A stretch of 64,000 nt of DNA. Source: Tubulanus polymorphus (taxonomy: Eukaryota > Animalia > Nemertea). The stretch covers positions 2,170,001 to 2,234,000 of the forward strand of contig NC_134031.1 of NCBI RefSeq assembly GCF_964204645.1. The letters run 5' to 3'. Below are positions 38,101 to 51,098 of this stretch, one piece after another (the stretch's first letter is position 1; each line of letters opens with the position of its first letter). Both the position numbers and the translations under genes were made by a program. The notes under the pieces were generated by a model that was not told the DNA's origin, ran no database searches, and saw only the letters and a list, made by a program, of their open reading frames with translations.

Positions 38101-41100
38101 TTTTAAGGCATGCACGTACCTGCGTATGTTATTTGCGATTCTCTTAACGGTCTTCGTTCCCAGTTTGACATTTGTTGTTGTTTATCGAGCGGTTTACCCA
38201 AACACTGTCGCACGAGATCGCTGAGACCTTTCTCTTCTGTTTTACTGTTAGACGTTACGTGATTCACAGGCGTCGCTGAGAAACTGGCTTCAGCCTCATC
38301 TCCTCCATCCTCATCATCTCCATCGCTTGTAACTGGTAACTAGAAATAAAGTTAAGCGAACACATATGATAAGACGCCCTGTATCCAGTTCGACAGTTAT
38401 GCGGGTTTAATTTGACTCTGAATCCAGTTCGACAGTTATGCGGGTTTAATTTGACTCTGAATCCAGTTCGACAGTTATGCGGGTTTAATTTGACTCTGAA
38501 TCTAGTTCACAGTTATGCGGATTTAATTTGACTCTGAATCTAGTTCACAGTTATGCGGGTTTAATTTGACTCTGAATCTAGTTTACAGTTATGCCGAGTT
38601 TAATTTGACTCTGAATCTAGTTCACAGTTTTGCGGGTTTAATTTGACTCTGAATCTAGTTCACAGTTTTGCGGGTTTAATTTGACTCTGAATCCAGTTCG
38701 ACAGTTATGCGGGTTTAATTTGACTCTGAATCCAGTTCCACAGTTATACAGGTTTAAGTTGACTCTGAATCCAGTTCGACAGTTGAAGATAAGACAGATT
38801 AGATCACACTGAGGGTGCGTTTTTATTTACCTCCGTGACTGGCCCAATTGATGTTATAAACGGAGTGACCACGTAAGTGACCTGACATCCTGCTACGTCC
38901 TCCTCGCCTTGAAAATCATAAACTTCTTCTACGAACATTTTCGGGCAGATTTTCAACATCTGAAAACAGCGAAATTACTTCAAGGAAACCGACTTTCTCA
39001 CAAAACCCAATTTCGAGGGAATTTTCAGGGTTTCTTTAAGGTATTTCCATGTGATTAAACAAAATTGAGTGAATCAGAGAAATTTCTAAGTTTAAAATGT
39101 TACGATTTTTCATTTTCATTGAATCACCTATTGATAAAAAAGCATGGTCAATAGCATTATCCAAATTCCCTGAGTTTTCCCAGATTTATCTAATTCCTTA
39201 AGCTTTCTAGATGAGTGAAGAAAATGTAATGTACGTAACTAGGAGTCAATCATCTGAACTCGACCAACCTTTTCTACAAGTTTCTGAAGGTCAACGACTC
39301 GCGTTGTATTCAACATCGGTTCTTTCATACACGGACACGTTTTCACCAACATCTGAAGGTCGCCATCAATCCCGTAGCCTTCAATTTAGAAAATATACCA
39401 TAAATTATATCGATTATAAATATTCTATCAACCGGCGAAAGTTTTCAAGTAAACCGATGATTAGTTGACATACCGGGTAGTGACAATTAAAACTGCATTG
39501 TTAATGAGGTAGTTTTTCAGTAGTAAACTTTAACCCAACCCCGCACCGATATAGGAAGCTTATCGAAGGTGAGTGTATGATGGCACATTTCCCATCGCCT
39601 GCCCTTAATGAGTTCTCAGAGTGGGCAATTTTAACAGTCATCAACTAGTATACTAGGCAGGGACAGAATTTATATTCAGAATGACTGTAACAGGCCCAAT
39701 TCTCAACCATCTTTATACTGGATGTGACTCGAACAAACGCTTTGGGCCTTAACCCTTTCAGTGCTGACTAATTAATACCCTATAGTGCTGGAGAAAATTT
39801 GAAAATTCTAAAAAATTCCACACTAGTGTGTTGAACAATGGGAATACCACTATAGTGCGTCTACACCGCAGTGCGGTGTATCGTTAGTTACTAGTATTTC
39901 ACTATGTTTGACACTTTCTGCCATTTTTCAATAGAGATAATTACAAATTACTAATTACATCAATACACTGCAGTGCGGTGTACTAGCAAAATCCATCACT
40001 GATTTATACACCGCACTGCGGTGTAGACGCACTGAAAGGGTTAAGGGGTTATCCAATAACTGGGTCATAAAAAATCCTGAAAACGCCGGATATAAATAAG
40101 CGCAGAAAATACGCACCTAATTTCAGAATTTTCTCGTTCGCGAAAAATGCAACCGCCATCTGACGCCAGTCGCGATCGAGCAAACACTCGTTGAGCGAGA
40201 TTATATCGAGTATGTAGACATTCGACTCGGTCGCCAGTTGTAGCAGCGATATTCGTGATGTCATCATTTGTCCGATCGTCGGTCTCCATTCAGCGTCGAT
40301 ACCCACTACTGTACCAGCCTGTGTGAAAACAAATTAAACATTCGGTGGAGGGGCAAGATCTGAGGGTTTCACCAAAAGGGCATTATGGCAAAAGGGGAAG
40401 TCTTCTAAGACCCTTCGGATCCCCAGTACCTATAGACAGGCTGCTAACAGATCAGAGGATCCACAACTCCCTAAAATTTCCCTGACCCTTGACCAAAAAT
40501 TCCCCAATTGAATTATAAGATATCCTCAGTGTTTCTTATCACGAGGTTCTATGTGTCATTTTTTCTTGCGCCATCAGCAAGAACAACAAGACACCAAAAC
40601 TCAAATTCGCTGACTTTTCCTTGATTTCCTAATCATCATACGCAGGCCTACGGTATAAATGTTAAAGTTCGCGGTAACTGACCTGAGTAATGGCGCCCAT
40701 ACAGTGATAAAATGCCGGAGCTGAATCGATGAAATGAATTGAATCTCGAGGAAGTTTTAACGAATGGTAGTTCATCGCGCGTAGCTCCTCGGCGCTGTAA
40801 CCTTCGGCATCCCAATCCTCGTTACCGTCATTGCCTGTGACCGGTGACCTAGCATTAAAACAGAGGCTGAAAATACTCGTTCGGCTTGCCGTACATACAG
40901 TACACTGTGCTTGCCACGGAACTGATTTCCTCAGATTAATGGGTGCCGTCGACAGATCTTTTAAATTTTCCAACAATAATTCATGCGATGAATGAGAACC
41001 ATCGTTACCCTGACTGCACACCAAAATTCACCTGCTGCCTCAGGAGAAAATGTATTGGTCCCCTATGATCCGAGACAAACAGAATCTACTCTAAGTAGAT

Positions 41101-44100
41101 TTGAATTCAACTTGTAAACACGTTTAACAATTAATGTGAACTTGTGATATTGCTGGATAATTCTGAATGAAATTCTGACTAAACCGAGAAAAGAAATGAA
41201 TATCTTCGGTAGCTTAAAGATTAATCAAATACGGCTCTCAAGTTTTCATGGGTAAAATCTATTGATAACTTACTCTAGTTCCTCGGCGTCGAGGGCCTCT
41301 ACGACCTGACTCGGTAGTTTATCACGAGGTAGATTAAAGCGTTTCGCCCATTTCTTCGCGACATTAATTTCGAAGTAATCGACGAGGCTGTCGATGAACT
41401 GCTCCTGCAGATCAACGTCATCGTTTACAACAGACTGCAGGAGAATAAAATAATTTACAAGCTTCACTCAATGATCCCATCTTTAAAATGAAGGCCCTCG
41501 GACCAGTTCTGCAATCTATTGAGAAAGTTTGGGGTTAATTTGTCCCCTCAATCCACTGAGCACAGGGTATTAAAAGCAAGTTTTCCCTCAACCTACGTAC
41601 TGAACATTGGTCATGCATTTTAACGAGGTTCCCTTGAACTCTAGATTGATCTCTAGGAAGACCAGTGACCTCTGATCAACTAGAATCAATATTCTAGTAG
41701 AGTCACAAGAGTTAAGAATATTTTACCTCGACTAGATCATCGAAAACATCTTCCGCGATCGATTTCTCGTTGAATCGTTTGTGTAAAACATAACGAAGAC
41801 TTCCGAAACTGCGAGATTTCGCAATGTTCGGACAAGCCTCTGAAATGATGAAGAATATCAACGGATAATCGCAAAATTCACTTATGGAAGTCACTGAAGA
41901 ATACCGATTGAAATTACCTGCGGGTATATCATAAAGTTTTAACAGTCGTACGGCGAGTTTCGTCAGAACTTTCGTGTTCAAATGGTCCCACTTTACCAAC
42001 TGACTTCTAACGGAAAAACGTCTGAAATTCGAAACAGCAAAACTACATTTACTGTAACCTCCGAGTCATTACTTAAGTTGTCTAAAGAACAGCAAGGTAA
42101 GGAAACATTGTTTCATAAAATGTCTAATGTTTAGTGTTCGTAATTCATTTTCAAGTTCTTGCAGTTGATTTTCAATCCAAAATGTCTTAGGTGAAATACT
42201 GAACACATTGTGAAGCATGGATGTTTATTTTTTGAAAGTGTGCTGGCAAAATGTCTTATGTCTGGTGTTTGTAGTTCATTTTGAATTGAAAATGTCTCAG
42301 GTGAAGTCCTGAACCAAAGTGTGAGAGCCTAAGAAGCAGATTGATACTTTGCCTGTGCAGGGTTCAGGCAGCTGATTGATACCTGCACCGAGAGAGTGCT
42401 GGTTCCAGGCTGAGAGGGTGCTGGTCCCAGGCTGAGAAAGTGCTGGTTCCAGGCTGAGAAAGTGCTGGTTCCAGGCTGAGAGGATGCTGGTTCCAGGCTG
42501 AGAAAGTGCTGGTTCCAGGCTGAGAGGGTGCTGGTTCCAGGCACCATAAAGGATATCCTACCTAACGTATTCCAACATAGCGAAATGCCTCGTACACATA
42601 GAATCAATCAGACGTAAAAGTTCTTCTTGTATGTGGCGCTGACGGAAGACGTACATTTCGATGACGTTGATTTTATCGGTGAACAAAAGTGGCATAACCA
42701 TCTTCAAATAAAAAAAAAATCAAATGGAAAATCACTACGAAATCAATCTTCAAAATCAGACTTCGAAATGCGATGCATGCTTATTCTACATACCAGTTCT
42801 AGATCAAAGTATTCATGAAGACCGATTTTGGCGACGCAGACAGCAGCCTGAAAAATTGAATATCTATTCCTTAAGACGAGAAGTTTGTTGGGGGGAATAC
42901 AATTTTCTCACTTTGGGTAAAAATTTTGTCGGTTTTCAATAGAGATAAAGAATTAATAACATCATTACACCACAATGCGGTGTACTAGCAATTTTCATTA
43001 AGGATTTATACACCGCATTGCGATGTAGACGAACTGAAAGGGTTAAATAAAACTATTCAATCATCAAATTGACCTCTTTAAACTTGGAAGCTTGATAAAA
43101 ATCATTGATAACCGATATCACGTGATCAGCGACACCCTCTTTCAGTACGTAAGCCGAAGCTATATGTTCTAATAAATGCATTTGTCCACGAATAGCCACC
43201 GCGAAAGCTTTCACTTTCAGATCGCGCGTCAGCGAACCGGCGAAATGTTCGCGCCGACTCTCGAATCCGATCCACGCGGCGAACTCCTTCGCGATGTTCC
43301 AACTCAACGTCGTCGTTTTGTTGGCCGCGGCGTCGCGAGTATTCTGCACGAGATACAAGACGTCGGCGTACGGATCGACGAGGTCGTTCAACGCGTCCTG
43401 AATCGAGGCCGACAGACGGAATTTATCCTTCGCGCACGTCCGCCACTCGTATTCCAGATCGAGTAGAATCGACGTCAATCGCGTGACGTCGGTCGCGTTC
43501 CGTTGAGCTCGCCGCTGCAGGGATTTCATCCAAGCTTCGTCTACGTCGTTCGGATGCGGTTTTATTTCGGTCGCCGGTTTTAGCGGACACACTCGCGGAA
43601 GAGGTTTCGGCGTGTTTTTAGCCAGCAGAACATCAGTAGCTATCTATATACGAGATGGAGAAGAAGAAATTGGATAGGTTTAATTCGAATAAATAAATCA
43701 ACAACAGTTTACCTTGCCTTAATCGGACACAGATGACTCAGACTACTCAGACAAAAAACGAAATCATTTTACATACTAACGATTATCTGAATTCCGTATT
43801 TTGAAATATATCATGCGTATCGTATTTAACAACAAAATGAAAGCAACTTTAAAAAACAGCGCTAGGCTAACTCCATGACTTACTGGTTTTTTAGTGTAAC
43901 CTGTATTACTAAATTCTAAGTCTTCGTCGCTGCTAAAATCGTCATAAATTGCGTAATTACATTCACTACCGCCGGGCATAACAGACGACTTCATACTCGA
44001 CACCAGATCACCTACAAAATTAGATTTCAGTGCCTTCACTTTAAGATAGTCTCTTCAAGAAGGCCTTCTTTGGTATGCTAAGTTCTATGAAACCCTTGAC

Positions 44101-44339
44101 TTATCTGTAATCACCCCCGAGACACTGATTTCGAAAAATTCCGTATTCTTACCTTGTTTTGATTGTTGATGTGGTTTTGCCGTATTTGAAGTTCCTGGGT
44201 ATCTGACACTGACAGCAGCAGCAGCAGTTTGGTGACGACTGCGGCCCCTTCCTCTACCCCGACCCCGACCCCGACCCCGACCTCGACCAACTCCACGCCC
44301 AATTCCATTCTTGTTACAGTTTGTTGCATTTGGGAACAT
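35199..44339 (-). CDS. EXD3: Exonuclease mut-7 homolog (EXD3/Nibbler): DEDDy 3'-5' exonuclease plus Mut7-C domain, ~1058 aa
   Basis: 18 phase-consistent exons: 44339-44153, 44011-43884, 43643-43074, 42847-42794, 42701-42562, 42021-41918, 41839-41727, 41434-41274, 40848-40683, 40318-40117, 39378-39269, 38959-38831, 38339-38120, 37538-37357, 36921-36760, 36677-36624, 36158-36030, 35564-35199. Motifs: VGIDAEWRP (ExoI), GIDGDLQML (ExoII), SNWERRPL..QITYAALDA (ExoIII), VVDNMLQGLGRQLRCCGVD, ARAENRVILT, SRCQICN and CVNCGKVFWEGTH (Mut7-C with Zn ribbon). Confidence 0.95.
36347..36566 (-). mobile_element. Family C MITE, copy 4 (EXD3 intron)
   Basis: Full-length copy, TTA target duplication. Confidence 0.85.
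37012..37196. mobile_element. Tc1/mariner (pogo-like) MITE
   Basis: TACAG..CTCGCTTAATTCGGATC ... GATCCGAATTAAGCGAG..GTGTA; related degenerate copy at ~56150-56336. Confidence 0.55.
37614..37973. mobile_element. Long-TIR palindromic MITE in EXD3 intron
   Basis: AAGCCTAGCGCACATCGACACTGCGAT.GGAGACAACTAGTTGC mirrored at the right end (~45-bp TIR). Confidence 0.75.
38383..38784. repeat. 38-39-bp minisatellite, ~10 copies
   Basis: Unit ATCCAGTTCGACAGTTATGCGGGTTTAATTTGACTCTGA, head-to-tail with no unique spacers; diverged reverse-orientation array at ~49165-49405. Confidence 0.92.
39753..40040. mobile_element. Non-autonomous piggyBac-like element
   Basis: TTAA-CCCTTTCAGTGC...GCACTGAAAGGG-TTAA; internal ACACCGCA(G/C)TGCGGTGT palindromes; partial copy at ~42965-43046. 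Confidence 0.8.
42396..42542. repeat. 21-22-bp minisatellite, ~7 copies
   Basis: Unit GTGCTGGTTCCAGGCTGAGA(A/GG). Confidence 0.9.
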
Positions 44340-44597
44340 TTCTATGTTCTACTAATTACCGGACCTGTCAATATCTGAAAATTCAAAACATTCAATCGAT
44401 TACTAAAGCTTAGTCTACTCGGAAACTCCCAACCAAGTCCAACAAATTAAAAGGCCAAAAGAAAGAGAAGAAAGGATTACGACAGGTCTACTCATACTGT
44501 CTGTGTATCTACAAGTTTAGAAAGCTTCTTTGCAGAGTAGTGCTGTTCCAATAATGCTTCTTGTCATCAGCGCCCCAAGGCTGACACTCACACTGAC

Positions 44598-45029
44598 GGT
44601 CATCCTTATTACCGAGATGACGTATTTTACCGAGATCAACCGAGATGAAATAAAATATAACATATTTATTTATTCCTTATCGATTTTAACCATTGAAATC
44701 ATATTATATCAGTAATAAATGCCTGCTGGAGTCATATTTTACATATTTTGTCGGATATTTATGTAGAAAAATATCTTAACTTTACCGAGATGAGATCGTC
44801 GATCAATCAAATTCAATGAAATTTTATTGCTAACCGAGTTTACGTATTTGAAGTCAAAATTTTTTTAAATAAAAAATATATGCAAAATATGACTCTAGTA
44901 GAAGGTATTTATTACTGATATAACATGATTTCAAGTGTTAAAATCGATAAGGAATAAACAAATATGCTATATTTCATTTCATCTCGGTTCATCTCGGTAA
45001 AATACGTCATCTCGGTAATAAGGATGACC
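44598..45029. mobile_element. Foldback/long-TIR MITE upstream of the EXD3 start codon
   Basis: GGTCATCCTTATTACCGAGATGACGTATTTTACCGAGAT.. mirrored at the right end over >150 bp. Confidence 0.8.
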
Positions 45030-46448
45030 CCACACTGGACTGCGGTCTGCATGCAGTGCGGATCAGCGACAGCCAGGCGAGAAAAGACAGAACGATAGGC
45101 CTATTATGATTGAAGACAAGCCCCCTGACCATGCTGAAATGGCCGGGCTTAATATATCATTGATATGGTAAACTGATTTATTCTTTTCTTGGGTTTTTGC
45201 TGGACTAAAAAGTATTTTGGGGCCCTTTTTACCAAAAAACTAATACAATTTTTCCATTTCCTGGGTGACTCCACAATAACCTTACGATCGCGTAAACCAA
45301 TTCAATTCAAACTTTATTGTTCCTTAATACGGAATATGGGTGCCGCCATTCGCTAATCACGAAAACATTTACAAAACATCATCATCATCATCATCATTGA
45401 TAGATACTAATACAATAAAGGAACCAGTATTTAGCGCTAAACCCTCAAGTAATATATTCACTTTATGGTCCACCATACATCTTCATCGAGGAGTGCTCCA
45501 ACAATATCATATCTCTGATTACCTTCTCGGCCTATGGACCGGTCACAGGTGTACTCCAAATCATCAGCCCGATTTTCGCCGGGTACTCACGTGAGTTCTA
45601 TGATTTGCCGTTCAACTTGTTATGGCTTTAACCCGGGCTCAATTCAGTTTCAATTAATCTCCCAGGTTAAACTATCAGCAGTCTAAAAATAGTCGCAGAT
45701 GTTTTATCACAAAAAACCTGGCGTCATGCGGGGTTAGGCGCACCCCCGGGTTTCGGGGGCGTTACAAAAATTCTATCAAATTTACAAATTGTTTAACAAG
45801 TACGGTTACACGACGTACGAAGAGAAAGAAAAGAAGCGTATCCTAGCTTTATTCTATCTTCTAGCTGCGTAACCTATCAAATTGCACTGTTCCAACAGCG
45901 CCGGACAAAATTTTCGTTAGGCGAAAAAAAAACAATGTCATATTAAAGGTTGAGGCTTGAACGAATACAGTAGAAAACAAAAAACCTGTTATAATAGTCG
46001 TATAAGTACGATAAAAAGCTTTGCACGCGTGTCTGTAACTTGAATAGCGGTGCCTCAGGCAAAAAACCGGTCTTTTTAGTCTTATAATTGTCACCAACGG
46101 GGAACTCGGTACACCTGTAATCTAGCAATGAGACCATTGTATACGTACGCACCAGTTACACATTACACAAAATTCCTAGTAGCGCTAAGGATATAAATCA
46201 CAGTTTGGCTCAAATTGAATCAGCGCCGGTGCGCGTCGATATCTGATGATATCGTATTTACACAAACTCATCAAGAGAATCAGTATAACTGGGATATAGA
46301 TTATTACAACTGGAAACAAACGTGTCTTAAATGTTTAGTTCTAGATTCAACAGGCAAATCGTACACGAGCCTTCGAGCCTTCGAATCGGTGGTTGATCTA
46401 GATAGAACTAGATAATTCTTGTTTTGTCAGAATACGAATTTTCGAATC

Positions 46449-47973
46449 ATGGATGTAAAGGTAAGCGTAGGAACGTCACTTGTATCACTTACTAATAAAC
46501 CTCTGAAACCTACGTAATAGGCCTACATACAGTTTCTGGCATTTCCTTCCCCTGCTTCTCCCTACGTCTCTAGCTCATTACTAGCTTATTGCCACTTTCA
46601 GATTGAACGAGAACTCACAAGCGAAGAAATTAAAAGTAAGTTGCATTTTAGCCTTAGGGATCTGCACTCTCGCTTTCATGCCTCCTTCGAGGGTTCACAA
46701 AAAAATCAACACGTGCAACGACATTCTTCCAAACCCCGTGGGAAAGACCTAATAGTTTGGTATTGGTAAGAAATCTGTCGCTCTCCGCAGTAATCAATAG
46801 TTCCCCCTCATATTTCAGTGTTTCGCGAGGCGTTTGCGTCATTTGATCGAAACGGAGACGGGAAGATATCTTTAGAAGAGTTACAGGACGTTCTGGGGAC
46901 GTTGCTCGGTCAGGCGCCGGATGAAGACGGCCTGCAGAAAATCATGAACGAAATAGATACCGATCGTAAGAATTTTGTCGCCGGAAGCTCGTGGCTCTTC
47001 TTGTAATTCCCGATACATAACCAGCTGATCAACGCGGACATGTAAACCCTAAACACACTCATCCATACGGGACGATCACTGATTTAGCACCTTATGGATC
47101 GGCTTGTTAGATGCGGGCGGTCGCAAACAAGACCCCATTGAATAATGACCTGTATGAAAACGACGACACTCTTTTCAGTTCAGGAAAGAAATACGCATTA
47201 ATACGTCATTAGACTTCAATTCATTATGAATTGAGGTGTTTTCATTATTCAACAGCACACCCACCGACGGGTGGGAAGTAATAAATCAAATATTTGATTG
47301 ATCGATGGTTAATAATTGGCCTTTTATGCAATATCCTGAGTATAATTCACTGAAAAGTAGCTGCGTAAATTGCAAAGCAGGCTTCTGTTTTGATTTCTTT
47401 TTAGTGGGTGTTGAACTTGAACGAGAATTAGAACCTTCGATTTACTTTTTTGGATTATTCTGCAAATATTTGCCATGTTTTCAAAAAGCAGTTAAAAACG
47501 ACCAATCTATGAACTATTTGATTCTCTGATGATTTTTATCTGTTGTTTCGCAGGCAGTGGGACGATCGAATTTTCGGAGTTCCTCGAACTGATGCAGAAG
47601 AAATTTCACGCTGAAACTGAAAACACGGACGTGCGAGACGCGTTTGAGGCCATCGATACCGACAACGATGGACTGATCGGACCGCGGGAAATGATGACCG
47701 TCATGGCTAAACTAGGTCAACCGATTACGGAGGTAGAAGCGAAGGAAATGATCGAGGACGCTGACCTCGATAAAGATGGAAAATTGAATTATGATGGTAT
47801 GAATTAAGGCTGCTATAGTGACCTTTGTAAAATGTCAAAGGATGTTTTTCGGTTAAATGATCCGTTGATAATTTAATCTTGCAGAATTTCAAAGAATTAT
47901 GATGTGGGAGGATAGAAAACCCTCGAGCTTGTTCACATCGGCCAAACAAACGACTTATATCGCCAACACGTGA
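46449..47973 (+). CDS. Calmodulin-like 4-EF-hand protein, ~174 aa
   Basis: Exons 46449-46460, 46602-46635, 46819-46965, 47554-47796, 47885-47973. ELTSEEIKMFREAFASFDRNGDGKISLEE; other loops DTDRSGTIEFSE, DTDNDGLIGPRE, DLDKDGKLNYDE. Too divergent to be calmodulin itself. Confidence 0.9.
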
Positions 47974-48890
47974 CAAGTCGACGGAGAGCAACGCGTGTGA
48001 ATGTTCGAAAAAACAGTTCTATAATAAAACGACACAAATATATTCAGCATCACATTAATATGGCACAAGGCTTTAAAAATACACGATGTTGCCCTCGGCG
48101 CGTTTAGTTTTTTGCTAAGGGGCACTCATGGCTCCACATTCAGAACAGTGTAAAATATGTAATGGAATGATTATGTTCGCTATCCACAAAATAAAAATCA
48201 TGTAAATCACTAATTGATTGATGTTGATAATATTTCGCGGATCCAAGTTGTTCGATAGATCTTCAAAGTCTGTTTGCACCGGGACGAATGACATAGCAAA
48301 CAAAAAATTCGTCTGATGAAATTCATTGAAATGAAAGGACGATTGGTGCAGGATCTTGTTGAATAGTACACCTAGATTATTCAAACTATTCTATATATTT
48401 CATTTGTAAATTCTATACGAAAAAAGTTACTTTAGCTGTCCAAACTTTTATAAAGACTAGTCTACTAGATTTTAAAGGATAGTAGGCCGTGAAAGTACCG
48501 GGTACTAACTATTTTAATATTCTACGGATATATAAATCAAGGGATTATCTGGTAGCTGGGTATTTGAGTACTCTAGAACCCACTTTAATTGCCGGATTTG
48601 ACATCGGATTAGAGTCGACACTCTTTGATAAGATCACCATTGATCACACGTCGAATAACTGATTATTGATCACTTTTGACTGGGCAATAAACGTTTGAAG
48701 CTTGGTTAATTTGAATATGCAAAATAAACAAAACTGCTGGCGCCGCTGTACTTAACGGCATTCGAGCGAACTAGTATGCAGTTTACTAGAGCGCCGTCTA
48801 TCTTAGACCAGCGGAACTATGCGTCACTGTATTAGTTGGTCGCTAACTGTAAACACTGAGACATGTACGAGTGATTCTGGATTATAAACG

Positions 48891-49655
48891 ATGAACTGGA
48901 CCTTTCTTTCCGTGGCCTTTCTAGCATCTCTGCTTAGCCTCGACTCTTTCGCTTCTTCCAACAATGGTAAATTTTATTTCGTATCGTGTGAATTCGTGTA
49001 AAATTGTCGTTGAAGTGCCTGTGTGCTCCTTTTTTCAATCTAAATTCAATCCGTTTTATTGTCGAGTTTTGACATTTCGATGTTGGAATTATTTTTTTTT
49101 TTGAAAAGCCCGAATTAGTGTTGAATGTAAATGTCGATGTTTCTGGATTAAGTTAATTAGATTAACACCCATACAACTGTGGAACTGGGTTCAGATGAGT
49201 CAAATCAAACAGTGGAACTGCCTATGTTCTGCCCGGCCATAGGCCTACAACTGTTGAACTGGGCCCAGTCAAATTTAACCCACACGACTGTGGAATTGGA
49301 TTTAGTCAAATTAAATCCACACAACTGAGGAAATTAAATAAATCTGCACAACTATGGAACTAGATTCAGTCAAATTGAATCCGCCCTAACTATGGAAATG
49401 GATCCATATACAGTGAGGATGGAGTACTGATTGATATTCTGATTTCAGGCCAGGAACGGGTCCAGGACGGTGGTGATTTTGAGGATAAAAGATCGTGTTA
49501 TCTAGATTGTCTTCTCGTCAGGCGGTATCCGTGCATTAAGCGTCTGCATCAGTGCAAGAAGGCCCACACGGACAGCGCGTGTAGCTGTAGTCCAGATTGT
49601 TTGAAAAATTACAAACTCAACTCAAGAGGGCAATGTCTCCTACGAAATTACGCAG
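48891..49655 (+). CDS. NPDC1: NPDC1/cab-1-like protein, first two exons (signal peptide + Cys-rich domain); downstream exons not identified
   Basis: Exon 48891-48966 MNWTFLSVAFLASLLSLDSFASSNN (signal peptide). Exon 49449-49655 ..KRSCYLDCLLVRRYPCIKRLHQC..CSCSPDCLKNYKLNSRGQC.. resembles the recalled NPDC1 motif LDCALKRRARC..HACGPCL....QGLC. Both donors are phase 1. Confidence 0.65.
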
Positions 49656-50968
49656 GTAAGAATAGAACTTACCCCTCATCGGCGGGATTTCACTGATCAA
49701 TTAGCTGTCCTATTGAGTAATGATAACTATTCATCAACAAGTCTTCGTTTTGAAGAGCTTGTGATACTTTTGTAGTATCTATTTTATATTAATAGTTCTA
49801 TTATTAGTACTATTGTAGATGGTGTAGATACAGCGTATCACCAGTGTAGATGGATTAAAGATACATTTCTAAGTACATATAGAACACTTTTGTTTATCCT
49901 TCCAATTGCGCGAGAGGAGTTTATAAGGCAGTAAAAGGGCAACTCAAGATATTTGAGGGTCTTTTACAAGGCCCCACGAGACCTCCATAAGTACTACTAT
50001 TGGAAGTGGTTGACTGGAGGTCGAGTCATTAAGGGATAATACTGCATGTAGTTTTATTCATTTAGACATACTCTGAGGCTACTGGCGGTTGACTCATTGT
50101 AGGATCTGCCATCTTTTCAAAGTTCATATTTACGCTGTATTTATGCATGGAATATTTGATGGTCAATAAGCGAGGTCGATATAGGCCTACTCGCTGTTAC
50201 ACAACTGATTCATTAGATCGAAACAAAGCTTATAAATTGCACCATTCAACTGCTGATGCTACATTCACCAGCAGCTATCAGCTACGTCGTCGTCGTCCTC
50301 GTCATCGTGATGTTACTCTGTGCGCTGTATCGCGTTTGTTGCGTTACTATGGTTACGTTCTACTCGAGAGAAGAGAGCGTGATGCTGGGTAATCCTAGTC
50401 AGGATGTACGTTCACTGATCTAGTGTGCGTTCGTTCTGTAACTGCAGTCGTGCGGTTTCTCAACTCTCTTGTCTTTTTTAATAATAATCAGAAAACCAGT
50501 TGACCTCTATCTCGACCATTCTCCCTCTCCTCTCTCCACTCTCTGTATCTGCCGGATAGCAATGAGGAGTGGTCAGGATAGCTGACTTTGAGAGTCATCC
50601 CAACGAGCTCGACATCAGTAGGTTACACCTAGATCTACTAAGCACTAAGCCAACTATATAGGCCTACATGATCACGAACTAAGATCGCGTCATGAATTAA
50701 GCCGTATTAGTGCAGAAATTTTCCAACTATGGAAATATAGAAAGAAGTTATGAAATCCCAAACTAAATTTGAAAATAAATGAGTTTTCTCGAGCTTTGGT
50801 TGAGGTTTATTCAATGTTTAGGGGCCTAGTCGTGACTGGTGGACTGATATAAATCTCAGTATGTCAAGAGTTAATGAGCAAAACCCACGGTTGATAACAG
50901 TTTATTCTGACAGTTTCAACTAAACTTCATCAGCAAAGAAATGAAAAACGGAAATTTGTGTTTCTCAG

Positions 50969-51098
50969 GGCCCAGTTTCGTGAAAAAGTTTAAGCCTAAA
51001 TCGGTTAAGTTAGAATTGTTGTCCTCTTTGAAAACATGAAGTAACCAATGGTGATTACACCAAAAATTTGAGGTTAACTTTTTTTGTGAAACTGGGTC
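50969..51098. mobile_element. Harbinger-like MITE (family B)
   Basis: Homologous to 1774-1897; CAG/CTG flanks. Confidence 0.75.

Noticed and set aside
38383-38784. CRISPR-like array (also 55246-55476, 62560-62891, 42396-42542)
   Set aside because: Units are head-to-tail with no unique spacers, there are no cas genes, and the context is eukaryotic introns; these are minisatellites.
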